A stretch of DNA of 59,012 bases from Candidatus Moraniibacteriota bacterium (GCA_903893925.1 CAITOC010000012.1:1-59012), one strand, 5' to 3'; shown: positions 16,187 to 24,358, counted from the stretch's first letter. Program-made: numbers and translations. Notes: generated by a model from the sequence alone, not told the origin.

Positions 16187-16807
16187 TCAGTCACCCAAAG
16201 CACGAAGAACCGCTTCCACGTCATCAGGATTCCTGGTGACTTCGATACACGGGAAACCGTATCGCTCCGCCTCAGCCTTGAGCGCGCGACCGAACGCGAG
16301 CGACCATTCGACTTCCTTTTCTTTGACGTCGTCGGGATATGCTTTCGCATCGTCCCACAATCCGCGCGAGAAGACGACCTCCCGGATCCGGTCCGCGTCC
16401 TCATCGACGAGAAAGACGGCCCTGATATCCCGGTCGTCCCCGAAGTCCTGTGCGACCAGATGAGGAAGGATATGCACCCCCTCGACGATGAACCGGCCGT
16501 GCCACGGATATTCGTCCTCAATGAATTTCTTCACGCCCGCCCAAACCACCTCACCCTGTTTCATTTCCATGTCCGCGATCTCCTCGGCGGAAAATTCCGT
16601 GAGAAACCGCTCGGCCGTATATCCCTCCGGATCGAACAGCGTCGGCATATCTTCGCGTCGTGCCACGGAGCGCATGATGTCGCGTAACTGGTCGGTCGAG
16701 ATCCACGGGATGTCGAGCCGCTTCGCGAGCAGTTTGGCCAATGTGGATTTCCCCACCGTCGGCGCCCCACCGATGAGTATGATATTGCGTCCCGTTTCTT
16801 GTCGCAT
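16187..16807 (-). CDS. P-loop kinase (AAA_33 / 2-phosphoglycerate-kinase-like)
   Basis: Walker A GGAPTVGKST followed by LAKRLDIPWISTDQLRDIMR, resembling the 2-PGK/zeta-toxin-like kinase N-terminus. Confidence 0.5.
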   Translation of the reverse strand: MRQETGRNIILIGGAPTVGKSTLAKLLAKRLDIPWISTDQLRDIMRSVARREDMPTLFDPEGYTAERFLTEFSAEEIADMEMKQGEVVWAGVKKFIEDEYPWHGRFIVEGVHILPHLVAQDFGDDRDIRAVFLVDEDADRIREVVFSRGLWDDAKAYPDDVKEKEVEWSLAFGRALKAEAERYGFPCIEVTRNPDDVEAVLRALGD

Positions 16808-16923
16808 ATGATTACTGTCAGTTCTTTACCCGACCCAACATACATATTATACCGCAGATCTCCCATCCATGCGCGGTGGCATCTCACATGGTACCGACAT
16901 ACAAACACGACACACAAATATCA

Positions 16924-16952
16924 TTGACACATGGTCTATGATACGCTACGAT
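16924..16952 (+). promoter_or_regulatory. Sigma70-like promoter
   Basis: TTGACA (16924..16929), 17-nt spacer, TACGAT (16947..16952). Confidence 0.4.
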
Positions 16953-16993
16953 ACGGTTTCTTTTCCAATCATCTAACCGAAAAGGAGGCACAC

Positions 16994-17290
16994 GTGCAAT
17001 TTACCATATCGGTAGTCGGCAACAAAGGTGTCGAACTGAAACATTTTCCCTTCGAGGCAAGCTTCTGGAAGACCGTCGAGGAGATGGTCGAAGAGATGGG
17101 ATTGAAAGGTCACATCGACAGCGGACGGAAGACCTGTCGGATCGTGGAAATCCGCGTGTTCGTCCACGAAGAACCGTTCCTGGTCGCACGTCTCGTGGAC
17201 GACTTTCCGACGGATCGCTTTCAGAAAAACGATCCGGGATGGGCAAAAGGCTGGAACTATGTCTTTTCCTTCCCGAAGCCGGTCACATGA
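16994..17290 (+). CDS. Hypothetical protein (98 aa)
   Basis: AAAGGAGG sits 5 nt before the GTG at 16994, which is in frame within ORF 16931..17290. Confidence 0.5.
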   Translation: MQFTISVVGNKGVELKHFPFEASFWKTVEEMVEEMGLKGHIDSGRKTCRIVEIRVFVHEEPFLVARLVDDFPTDRFQKNDPGWAKGWNYVFSFPKPVT

Positions 17291-17430
17291 CATGACGAGT
17301 CGTAGAAACCGCGGCATGAACGAACACGATGAGGCTAACCGATCAAACGGAAGCCTCTTTTTTTATTTCTGAAAACGTTCCCGACACCGACATCCGGATC
17401 TCCCTGTCCGGATACCCGGTGTATTTCCGT

Positions 17431-18045
17431 TTACACTTCCAATAGTTTCTTCTCGCCATCCTCAATAATGATCGCCTGTGAATCATTGAGCCGGACCAAT
17501 GTTCGACCCTTTCCATAATCCCTTTCCGCCCGCTCCAGATACGGGAGATACTCCGGACGGTCGGCATGCGGCAAGACGACGAAATCGACGAGTCCGAGCC
17601 CTTCGTACGAGGCCAGCGTTTTCCCAGAGTCCCCTTCCTCATATATCTTGTCCACCTCGATATCGGGGCCCGCGAGAAGCGACCCGGCACTCGATCCGAC
17701 ATATATTTTTCCTGCCCGCACAAGCTTCCGGACGATGTCTATGAATCCGCTCAGTTGCGCCTGCTCCAGTAAATATGAAGTATTCCCACCGGCAACGAAG
17801 ATGATATCCGACTCTGAAAGACGCTTTCTCAGGACTTCTCCGTGACAGGTCTTCAAATCGACATCTTCGACACGGAATCCGAGCCGGATAAGCGCAGTTC
17901 GATCATCCTCAACCCACGGATGTGGATCATAGATATCGCTCGCCGTCGGAATGAACGCCACCCGAGTCTCGGCAGCCGGCTTCGGTAAAAACGGCACGAG
18001 CCTGTTGATCGTCTTCGCCGCAGTCGATGTGAGATAGATGAGCAT
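17431..18045 (-). CDS. Peptidase S51 (dipeptidase E-like)
   Basis: FVAGGNTSYLL and VGSSAGS (nucleophile Ser context) match the S51/PepE pattern. Confidence 0.7.
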   Translation of the reverse strand: MLIYLTSTAAKTINRLVPFLPKPAAETRVAFIPTASDIYDPHPWVEDDRTALIRLGFRVEDVDLKTCHGEVLRKRLSESDIIFVAGGNTSYLLEQAQLSGFIDIVRKLVRAGKIYVGSSAGSLLAGPDIEVDKIYEEGDSGKTLASYEGLGLVDFVVLPHADRPEYLPYLERAERDYGKGRTLVRLNDSQAIIIEDGEKKLLEV

Positions 18046-18104
18046 AAAAAGTTAGGGCATATTAATTGATTCCTCAAGCCCTTCCTAGGCGGGACCAGAA
18101 AAAA

Positions 18105-18174
18105 GGTCAAGTACATTTATTCCATCTTTCACCCCATTTTCCTCCCATATTCCCCCGTTGTAAAGCGGTCAAGT
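18105..18174 (-). repeat. Promoter-like repeat module, copy A
   Basis: Minus strand: CCGCTTTACA (-35 at 18159..18164), spacer ACGGGGGAATATGGGAG, GAAAAT (18136..18141), then GGGGTGAAAGATGGAATAAATGTACTTGACC. It lies ~85 nt upstream of the S51 peptidase gene. Confidence 0.6.
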
Positions 18175-18212
18175 AAATCGACCCCTATTCATAAAACAAC
18201 TCGTCGCTCTTC

Positions 18213-18251
18213 AAAAAATACGGCACGAGCTGACGGCCGTCAGCTCGTGCC
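18213..18251 (-). terminator. Strong orphan intrinsic terminator
   Basis: Perfect 30-nt palindrome ggcacgagctgacg-gc-cgtcagctcgtgcc (18222..18251) followed on the minus strand by GTATTTTTT. No CDS lies upstream of it on that strand. Confidence 0.6.
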
Positions 18252-18287
18252 ATCATCGAAGCATCATCATAACAAGAAATTATAAGA

Positions 18288-18355
18288 GGTCAAGTGCGGT
18301 CATTCTTCCTCTTTCATCCCCATTTTCCTCCCATATTCCCCCGTTGTAAAGCGGA
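18288..18355 (-). repeat. Promoter-like repeat module, copy B (orphan)
   Basis: Same CCGCTTTACA-N17-GAAAAT core (18345..18350 and 18322..18327) with a spacer identical to copy A. Confidence 0.6.
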
Positions 18356-18371
18356 TTTCGATACGATTGGG

Positions 18372-18400
18372 TTGACAGAACGAATTCATTGTTATATACT
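18372..18400 (+). promoter_or_regulatory. Sigma70-like promoter
   Basis: TTGACA (18372..18377), 17-nt spacer, TATACT (18395..18400). A second TATAAT lies at 18405..18410. Confidence 0.6.
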
Positions 18401-18455
18401 GCGCTATAATCTTTGCACTTAAACAACTTTCGAAGCCATCTCAACGGAGAGATAA

Positions 18456-19070
18456 ATGAAATTAGAAAAACAGCCGAAAACGGCGGTCGAATACTGGGAA
18501 GCCATTGAATATTTTGGCGGGAAACAGTTTTGGACCGATCATGATCTCGCGGACGGACGGACATCGGACCCAGACGGACGATTGCCTGTAGCGTATATGA
18601 GCGAGTCCGAAATCCAGAACAAACTCGTCTGGGAAGTGTGCAAGAAATTCGGCATCATCCATCCGAAAGATATGCCGAAAACGGAGTTTGGCAAAATGCT
18701 TCCGAAGCCACCAAAAGGGGAAATCTATTACTGGGATTGGTACGGCATAATGCAAAACGTATTGCTGAGAAAAAAATTCAACGAGACGATCTGCTCGGCT
18801 TGTCCCTTCTGCAGGCATGTACCGAATGGATCCATCCCCTGCGAACTCTTCCGCGGGATCGGCACGTTGTACCATCTGTCGAACCCGACCGCCTGTGTCA
18901 TCATGAACGAACGACAGTCATTGATGACACAGTCAGAATTCGAAAAGAAAGTACGCCGGATGCACGGGAAAAAGGCTCTCTGGCAATTCCAGAGGAAATA
19001 TCGGAAGATGATGGAGGAAACTGATTCACAAAAACTCGACATTCAGGAGTCGACGAAGATTCCGGCGTAG
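18456..19070 (+). CDS. Hypothetical protein with CxxCxxC motif
   Basis: Own promoter, SD (GGAGAG) and terminator. Contains ICSACPFCRH. No family recognised. Confidence 0.6.
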   Translation: MKLEKQPKTAVEYWEAIEYFGGKQFWTDHDLADGRTSDPDGRLPVAYMSESEIQNKLVWEVCKKFGIIHPKDMPKTEFGKMLPKPPKGEIYYWDWYGIMQNVLLRKKFNETICSACPFCRHVPNGSIPCELFRGIGTLYHLSNPTACVIMNERQSLMTQSEFEKKVRRMHGKKALWQFQRKYRKMMEETDSQKLDIQESTKIPA

Positions 19071-19096
19071 TTGCAGAAGTGGCCTTGGCCACCATC

Positions 19097-19126
19097 GGAT
19101 AGGTTCCTCGAACCTATCCGTTTTTT
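19097..19126 (+). terminator. Intrinsic terminator
   Basis: ggataggtt-N5-aacctatcc followed by G and T6. Confidence 0.8.
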
Positions 19127-19168
19127 GACCTACCAATTTTTTGCTTCAATAAAGACATTATCAGACCA

Positions 19169-19197
19169 TTGACTTAGTGACTGAAAAGGAGTATAAT
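19169..19197 (+). promoter_or_regulatory. Sigma70-like promoter
   Basis: TTGACT (19169..19174), 17-nt spacer, TATAAT (19192..19197). Confidence 0.6.
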
Positions 19198-19228
19198 ACG
19201 GGGTTATTTTACAAACCCTTATCTGGAG

Positions 19229-19891
19229 ATGTCCATGCGTCTGAACATAGTAAAAGAACCCGGTGATACCAGTATCGCCATCGGAGACCGGATCAGCCTC
19301 ACGGTCGTACGTACATTTCCCGAACTGGAAGATAGTCCGCTCATCTTCCAAACCCCGCTCCACCAAGAAATCATTATGCAGCGCGAGCTCCTTCTCACGT
19401 TAGGCGATACCTATCATGCGGATGTGATTGATGTTGAAGATACCAGATGCCCCCTAATAGTCGATGGCGTCGATTACAGCATTGTGGAAATTACCGTCGC
19501 GAACTTCATGATTGGCGCGTACAGTGAGGATATCGTTCTTCGCGGAGAACACCTGATCAAACAGGTCATCCTCGAAAATGCCGTCTACGAAGAAATGATA
19601 CCCGTGACGGTCAGGGGACAGATGTACCGCTACGATTACGTTCCCGGTGGGATCGTAAATATAAAAGAGGTCTATGTCGGAGAATTCCTATTTTGCCAAA
19701 TATTGGCATCAGATGAAGCAGTCAAAGGGACGATGACTGACAGTCTCAAAAAGTTCCTGCCGGAAATAAGTTTTCATGCCTATCTGGAACTCGGAACACT
19801 CGGATACGACGACTGGGAAACGATAAAACAGTTGTACAAATTTCCAGTCCGCCAAGGAAAAAAATATCAAATCGACTCCGGGGTCTGTTGA
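19229..19891 (+). CDS. Hypothetical protein (220 aa)
   Basis: ORF with a consensus promoter 30 nt upstream. No motif recognised. Confidence 0.55.
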   Translation: MSMRLNIVKEPGDTSIAIGDRISLTVVRTFPELEDSPLIFQTPLHQEIIMQRELLLTLGDTYHADVIDVEDTRCPLIVDGVDYSIVEITVANFMIGAYSEDIVLRGEHLIKQVILENAVYEEMIPVTVRGQMYRYDYVPGGIVNIKEVYVGEFLFCQILASDEAVKGTMTDSLKKFLPEISFHAYLELGTLGYDDWETIKQLYKFPVRQGKKYQIDSGVC

Positions 19892-20016
19892 AGAAGCCAA
19901 AACGACTCCGGACAGCAAACGTTCATACGATTCATAGCGAAGCTCGCTCTGGATCGTATTTTTTTGTTCACACATCGGATTTGTATAAAGCAAAATACCA
20001 AATGATGGCGCCACAC

Positions 20017-20074
20017 AAAAAACAAGCCTCCAGTAAAGCCTGGAGGTTCGAACTCATTTTCCGGTCGTACCTGC
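20017..20074 (-). repeat. Orphan copy of a gene 3' end plus terminator module
   Basis: ~85% identical over ~58 nt to 22554..22612, which is the terminator plus the last codons of the CDS ending at 22591. Confidence 0.6.
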
Positions 20075-20191
20075 TTGGGCCGTTGACAGCTTGGGCCGAT
20101 GCGGTTGACACTACAAAGAATATATGATTTTATAAAAGTCTAGTTGAAGTGAAAATGATATTTTACAAAGAACCAAAATGGGAAGGCTACT

Positions 20192-20635
20192 ATGGATACT
20201 AAAGTATCGGATGGAAACGGGAGTCTCATTCCACGTCTCTCAATGGAGGAATTATCGAGGCGTTTCAAACAAATAAAACCGGTCGTCTATCTCGAGAATT
20301 ATAATGGCAATCCCGGGAATCACATGTATTACCTCGACATCGATTTGTTCAATATTGCCGACACGGCCCACTTGACACCCTTAAAACCGGCACCGGACCT
20401 GGGATTATTCATGATCATCTACGTACGCTGTTCGAAAGAACCTGTCGGATATATCAATCCGTCAGTCGAAGAAATACTATGCCAGATTCCCGAACAATAT
20501 GTAAACGATACGGTTGCGTTTTCAATCGGACCTGGCGGGATGACGATTCATTTCGCTCCGGTGTTCCTGGAAATCCATGACGACTACCGAGTTGCGACCG
20601 TGTTCCTCTATCGCGCAATGCGCATGCCGACCTAA
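20192..20635 (+). CDS. Hypothetical protein (147 aa)
   Basis: ORF followed by a strong terminator. No motif recognised. Confidence 0.55.
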   Translation: MDTKVSDGNGSLIPRLSMEELSRRFKQIKPVVYLENYNGNPGNHMYYLDIDLFNIADTAHLTPLKPAPDLGLFMIIYVRCSKEPVGYINPSVEEILCQIPEQYVNDTVAFSIGPGGMTIHFAPVFLEIHDDYRVATVFLYRAMRMPT

Positions 20636-20654
20636 TAAAAGCGTATCATTACGC

Positions 20655-20690
20655 AAAATCCTCAGACGTTAATGTCTGAGGATTTTTTTT
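20655..20690. terminator. Bidirectional intrinsic terminator
   Basis: aaaatcctcagac-N6-gtctgaggatttt plus a T-run. Confidence 0.8.
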
Positions 20691-20703
20691 GGACCAAAAA
20701 AAG

Positions 20704-20850
20704 GGTCAAGTACATTTATTCCATCTTTCACCCAATTTTCCTCCCATATTCCCCCATTGTAAAGCGGATCCGACCCGCAAAAAACGAAACGAGAGCATTT
20801 CCCTTCCCATAAATGTGTCATGAACGGACGGCCGTCGGCTCATGACACTG
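20704..20850 (-). repeat. Promoter-like repeat module copy C plus ~67-nt extension (left direct repeat)
   Basis: TTTACA (20758..20763), 17-nt spacer, GAAAAT (20735..20740). The extension 20784..20850 differs by about one base from 21594..21660 and overlaps the last 11 codons of the PaaX-like CDS. Confidence 0.6.
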
Positions 20851-21444
20851 AGCCAACGAAGCCTTCTTGCGACTGAAAAATTTTCGTTTCAGGTCCAATT
20901 CATTGTCCAGCCAGGAAACTGTCATGATCCTGACAAACGGTTCCGCATCATACAGCCGTATCAGCTCCGCAAACGGTTTCTCGTACGGGTATGGCGACAC
21001 GAACACGCTTTGCTGAAGCTGATGGAATTCCGCGTCGTGCAGATGCTCGCGCAAAATAGCACGGAACGACCGACTTTTCTCTGGAATGTCGAAGGACACT
21101 ACGCGCCATTTTCCATCCCAGGTTTTCGGTCTCTTAAGCCGTATACTCGGACCAAAAAGACTCAGGGACCGCGCCTTCCGATTCCCTTCAGCCGTAAGCA
21201 TGAAATTGACCGACCCATCCGGCAAGCGTTTTTCCGTAACGAGTTTATGTTCGGAAAGACGCCTCAAGATACGATTCATACCTCTGCGATCGATCTTCTT
21301 CCATTCCTTCCGGAGTTCCGAAAACAACCTAACCTGCTGCACGATCGTACGCGGACCACCGAGTGCGATGAGAGCGAGGAGAATGAGAAGTGTCTTTTGT
21401 TGTATCGGTCCCAATCGATTCATAATACTTTTTTCTGTTAGCAC
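20818..21444 (-). CDS. PaaX-like transcriptional regulator (winged helix + PaaX_C/Cas2-like fold)
   Basis: WDGKWRVVSFDIPEKSRSFRAILREHLHDAEFHQLQQSVFVSP matches the PaaX C-terminal signature. Start could also be Met8. Confidence 0.65.
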   Translation of the reverse strand: MLTEKSIMNRLGPIQQKTLLILLALIALGGPRTIVQQVRLFSELRKEWKKIDRRGMNRILRRLSEHKLVTEKRLPDGSVNFMLTAEGNRKARSLSLFGPSIRLKRPKTWDGKWRVVSFDIPEKSRSFRAILREHLHDAEFHQLQQSVFVSPYPYEKPFAELIRLYDAEPFVRIMTVSWLDNELDLKRKFFSRKKASLAQCHEPTAVRS

Positions 21445-21544
21445 AAAATGACCCGAGCTGACGGCCGTCCGCTCATGCCACCACCGAGGTATCGCAGGCC
21501 TGATACATCAAACATTGATCGGCTCTCTTTCTCCATTCTTTCGA

Positions 21545-21660
21545 TTTTATTTTCCTCCAATATTCACACGCTGTAAAGCGAATTTCAGAATTTCGAAACG
21601 AGAGCATTTCCCTTCCCATAAATGTGTCATGAACGGACGGCCGTCGACTCATGACACTAT
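21545..21660 (-). repeat. Promoter-like repeat module copy D plus extension (right direct repeat)
   Basis: TTTACA (21572..21577), 17-nt spacer, GAAAAT (21549..21554), ~100 nt upstream of the PaaX-like start. The extension 21594..21660 duplicates 20784..20850. Confidence 0.6.
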
Positions 21661-21688
21661 CGAAGACCATGACTCCGGCAATGGAACT

Positions 21689-21813
21689 CCTCGCGGCAAG
21701 CCGCGAGGTATCCCCCGACTTGTCATTCCGGACTTGCCACGTCGTTCGCGAACGACGTGGCTTGATCCGGAATCCAGTCCCGCCTGGCGGGACCTGTCCG
21801 CGGCAAGCCGCGG
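21689..21813. repeat. Cluster of four GC-rich palindromic hairpins (BIME-like)
   Basis: Hairpins: cctcgcggc-aa-gccgcgagg (21689..21708); a 24-nt perfect palindrome (21737..21760) nested in attccgga/tccggaat arms; gtcccgcc/ggcgggac (21777..21793); and ccgcggc-aa-gccgcgg (21798..21813). Confidence 0.7.
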
Positions 21814-21965
21814 GGTATTAGACCCGGAGAAGAGAATCAATGGGTCAACCGTCGCGATTCCCATGCCTTCCTAAATTCCTTTTCTTTCATTTGCCCCGAT
21901 CATAAAGCGAATTTCGAAAGAGCAATACAAAGAAAAAGCGACCCGGATTGGTCGCCTTTCACTTC

Positions 21966-22466
21966 CTACACGATCTCGACGAACTGGTCCTTGGGGACAT
22001 GACAGATCGGACAGGTGTCCGGTGCTACGCCGATGACCGTATGCCCACAGACGGGGCAGACAAATATTTTCAGGTCCGCGATATCGTGTCCTGCTTTGAT
22101 CGCTTCGAGTGCCTGCTGATACAGATCGTGATGTTCCTGTTCAACCGTATTTGCATTGGAGAACGATTGCAATGCAGCCGCGTTTCCTTCGGCTTCCGCG
22201 GCGGTGATGAACTCCGGATACATCTCCGTGAACTCGTAGTGTTCACCCGCTATCGCCGCCTCCAGGTTCGAAGACGTGTCCTTGATACCGCCGGCAGCGC
22301 GCAGGTGCGCATGAGCATGGACCGTCTCGGCCTCGGCCACCGCGCGGAACAGCTTTGCGATCCCGGAATACCCCTCGGTTTCGGCCTGCTTCGCGAACGC
22401 GAGGTACCGTCGATTCGCCTGACTTTCACCCGCGAACGCCGCCATCAGGTTTTCTTGTGTCGCCAT
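21966..22466 (-). CDS. rbr: Rubrerythrin
   Basis: Ferritin-like diiron ExxH pairs (EAETVHAHAH, EQEHHDLY) and a C-terminal rubredoxin-like CPVCGH...CPICH. Confidence 0.9.
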   Translation of the reverse strand: MATQENLMAAFAGESQANRRYLAFAKQAETEGYSGIAKLFRAVAEAETVHAHAHLRAAGGIKDTSSNLEAAIAGEHYEFTEMYPEFITAAEAEGNAAALQSFSNANTVEQEHHDLYQQALEAIKAGHDIADLKIFVCPVCGHTVIGVAPDTCPICHVPKDQFVEIV

Positions 22467-22498
22467 AGGATTTGCTTCAATGATTACACCGCCTTCCC

Positions 22499-22527
22499 AT
22501 TCTCCTCCTATATGCGGTCACTGTAAA
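22499..22527 (-). promoter_or_regulatory. Promoter-like motif copy F upstream of rubrerythrin
   Basis: Minus strand TCGCTTTACA, 17-nt spacer, GAGAAT, ~30 nt upstream of the start at 22466. Confidence 0.45.
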
Positions 22528-22553
22528 GCGAAATACGAATGATTACACCTCAT

Positions 22554-22586
22554 AAAAAACAAGCCTCCAGTATTGTCTGGAGGCTT
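22554..22586 (-). terminator. Intrinsic terminator
   Basis: aagcctccag-N6-ctggaggctt followed on the minus strand by a GT6-rich tail, 5 nt after the stop at 22591. Confidence 0.8.
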
Positions 22587-22590
22587 GAAC

Positions 22591-23160
22591 TCATATTCCG
22601 GTCGTACTTGCCCGCTTCATAGCGACGGCGTTCTCGAAAAGGTGACAGACGATACCACCGATGACTTCCTGCATATTGTCGTGATAACCGGCGTCGATCT
22701 CTTCTATCGTCTTCGGGTCGACCAGGGCGATATACTTCGCCTTCGGGAAGTACCAGTAGTATTCCCGGGAGTCGAAGACGACGAGGACGATATGTTTTCG
22801 GATACCGAATACCTCCGCAAAAAACATCGGCATTCTTTTGTTGATATCCACATCCCGGTCCTCGTCATCGCTTGATCGGCGGTTCAAAGTGATCACCGTC
22901 AATTTGATTCCCGTCTTGTGGCGAAGAGAACGCGCCACCCGGTTCACGCCGGCAAGGTATGTCTTGTCCGGAATCAATCCGGCACCATCGACGACGTACT
23001 TCCCTCGATGTTCCTGGCGAATATATTTCGTATGGATCCATTTCACCGTGGACAGCCGATGCCGTTCCGGGTATTGACACCCTTCTGCCGTCACAACGGT
23101 GAGAAACGAAAGAGGCAGACACACAAGAAACACCGCGATAAAAATCCTGAGTTGCTTCAT
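22591..23160 (-). CDS. Secreted protein, possibly TPM-domain-like
   Basis: Signal peptide MKQLRIFIAVFLVCLPLSFLTVVTA. The pattern VVDGAGLI...TGIKLTVITL...HIVLVVFDS resembles TPM phosphatase-like domains. This is a weak call. Confidence 0.4.
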   Translation of the reverse strand: MKQLRIFIAVFLVCLPLSFLTVVTAEGCQYPERHRLSTVKWIHTKYIRQEHRGKYVVDGAGLIPDKTYLAGVNRVARSLRHKTGIKLTVITLNRRSSDDEDRDVDINKRMPMFFAEVFGIRKHIVLVVFDSREYYWYFPKAKYIALVDPKTIEEIDAGYHDNMQEVIGGIVCHLFENAVAMKRASTTGI

Positions 23161-23258
23161 GGGAACTCCTTTTGGGATAGGTGGTTGTTAAAGTATGGAC
23201 ACTAACAGAAGAACATACTATAAAACGGCGACGATGTCGAGCCAACTCGATCAACGCC

Positions 23259-23287
23259 TTGACTTTTCCCTTTCTATCGCCTAATAT
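23259..23287 (+). promoter_or_regulatory. Sigma70-like promoter
   Basis: TTGACT (23259..23264), 17-nt spacer, TAATAT (23282..23287). Confidence 0.5.
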
Positions 23288-23334
23288 ACGGATGAAATCA
23301 AATCACTCTCGTTCATTCAAACCAGGAGATCGCG

Positions 23335-23748
23335 ATGCCCACATACCTTATCCAAGGGTTCTTTTTTCGAAACGGCGAACGGGGTGCGTTCGCTCATCTT
23401 CCCCAAAACGATGCTATCGCACTTCGGACGGGCATACTCCGATATCTGTATTCCGGAGTAATTTTTCCAGATCTGAATAATCTGTCCACCTTACTCGTCG
23501 GCGAACTGGAAGATAATTATGACATAGCCGACCTATCCGAGATAACCGTCACGGAAGATGCGATACGGTTCGTCAAAACGTATCGGACCATCCAGGATAT
23601 CATCACCTATCAGCTGGAACGCAAAGACGGATACTGGGAAGGAACGTGGACCAACGTCACAAGGCCGGACCGAATCGAAACGGGAATAACGCGATGCGTC
23701 GTCACCCACGTACCCGATGAATTTTTCGTCCTTCCAAAACAGGAGTGA
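23335..23748 (+). CDS. Hypothetical protein (137 aa)
   Basis: SD AGGAG lies 6 nt before the ATG. No motif recognised. Confidence 0.5.
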   Translation: MPTYLIQGFFFRNGERGAFAHLPQNDAIALRTGILRYLYSGVIFPDLNNLSTLLVGELEDNYDIADLSEITVTEDAIRFVKTYRTIQDIITYQLERKDGYWEGTWTNVTRPDRIETGITRCVVTHVPDEFFVLPKQE

Positions 23749-23838
23749 TACGGAATTAACCTCATTTGTTCCAATTTGCTCTTCCAAAGCTTCGCTCCGT
23801 CCCAATGTGGCATTGATCTCGTTATCGCTTGGCATTTC

Positions 23839-23872
23839 GAAATCCCCGCACGAATAACATGCGGGGATTTTT
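23839..23872. terminator. Bidirectional intrinsic terminator
   Basis: 11-bp stem aaatccccgca/tgcggggattt with A/T tails, between convergent genes. Confidence 0.8.
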
Positions 23873-23888
23873 ATGTGTGAATATACCG

Positions 23889-24215
23889 TTACTTCTTCCG
23901 CTTCGGTTCGGGAAGGCCGTCGACGGTGATACGGATCAGCTCGGACAACCGCTCCCGGTCCTCGAGCAGATCATCGTCGATTTCCATCGCTGGTTTGGCA
24001 CCGGGATACGGGAAGCCTTCCCGGTATGAGTCCCCGACGAACGTTTTTCCTTCCTCAGTGATTTTGACGAAAAGCGTGTCGTCACAAATGAGAGCGACCA
24101 CCTTGCCATCGTAGTAGAGTGCGTATTCGCCGAACATCTTGCGCATGGATACATTCTCGTTGAGCGAAACGAGCTGATCCAGGATATACTCTGCGGTCGA
24201 TTGTTTGGTCGACAT
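23889..24215 (-). CDS. TfoX N-terminal domain protein
   Basis: MFGEYALYYDGKVVALICDDTLFVK is the typical TfoX_N core. Confidence 0.7.
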   Translation of the reverse strand: MSTKQSTAEYILDQLVSLNENVSMRKMFGEYALYYDGKVVALICDDTLFVKITEEGKTFVGDSYREGFPYPGAKPAMEIDDDLLEDRERLSELIRITVDGLPEPKRKK

Positions 24216-24358
24216 AGCTTTTATTTGCTTTCCGGAGCTAAGCTCTTATTCGAAGTTTGACTCCGCCTTCTTTTTGGCAACGGAAAAATCGTACGTATAG
24301 GCGCCATACCGCAAACGGAAACAAAAATCGACGGTCTGCCTGAGAGAAATCGGGTCAT

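Noticed and set aside
20036-20060. tRNA-like GGTTCGAAC T-arm sequence (and GAGTTCGACTCCC in the family-2 palindromes)
   Set aside because: No acceptor, D or anticodon arms can be drawn around them. They are parts of terminator or REP hairpins. I found no convincing tRNA anywhere in the window by eye.
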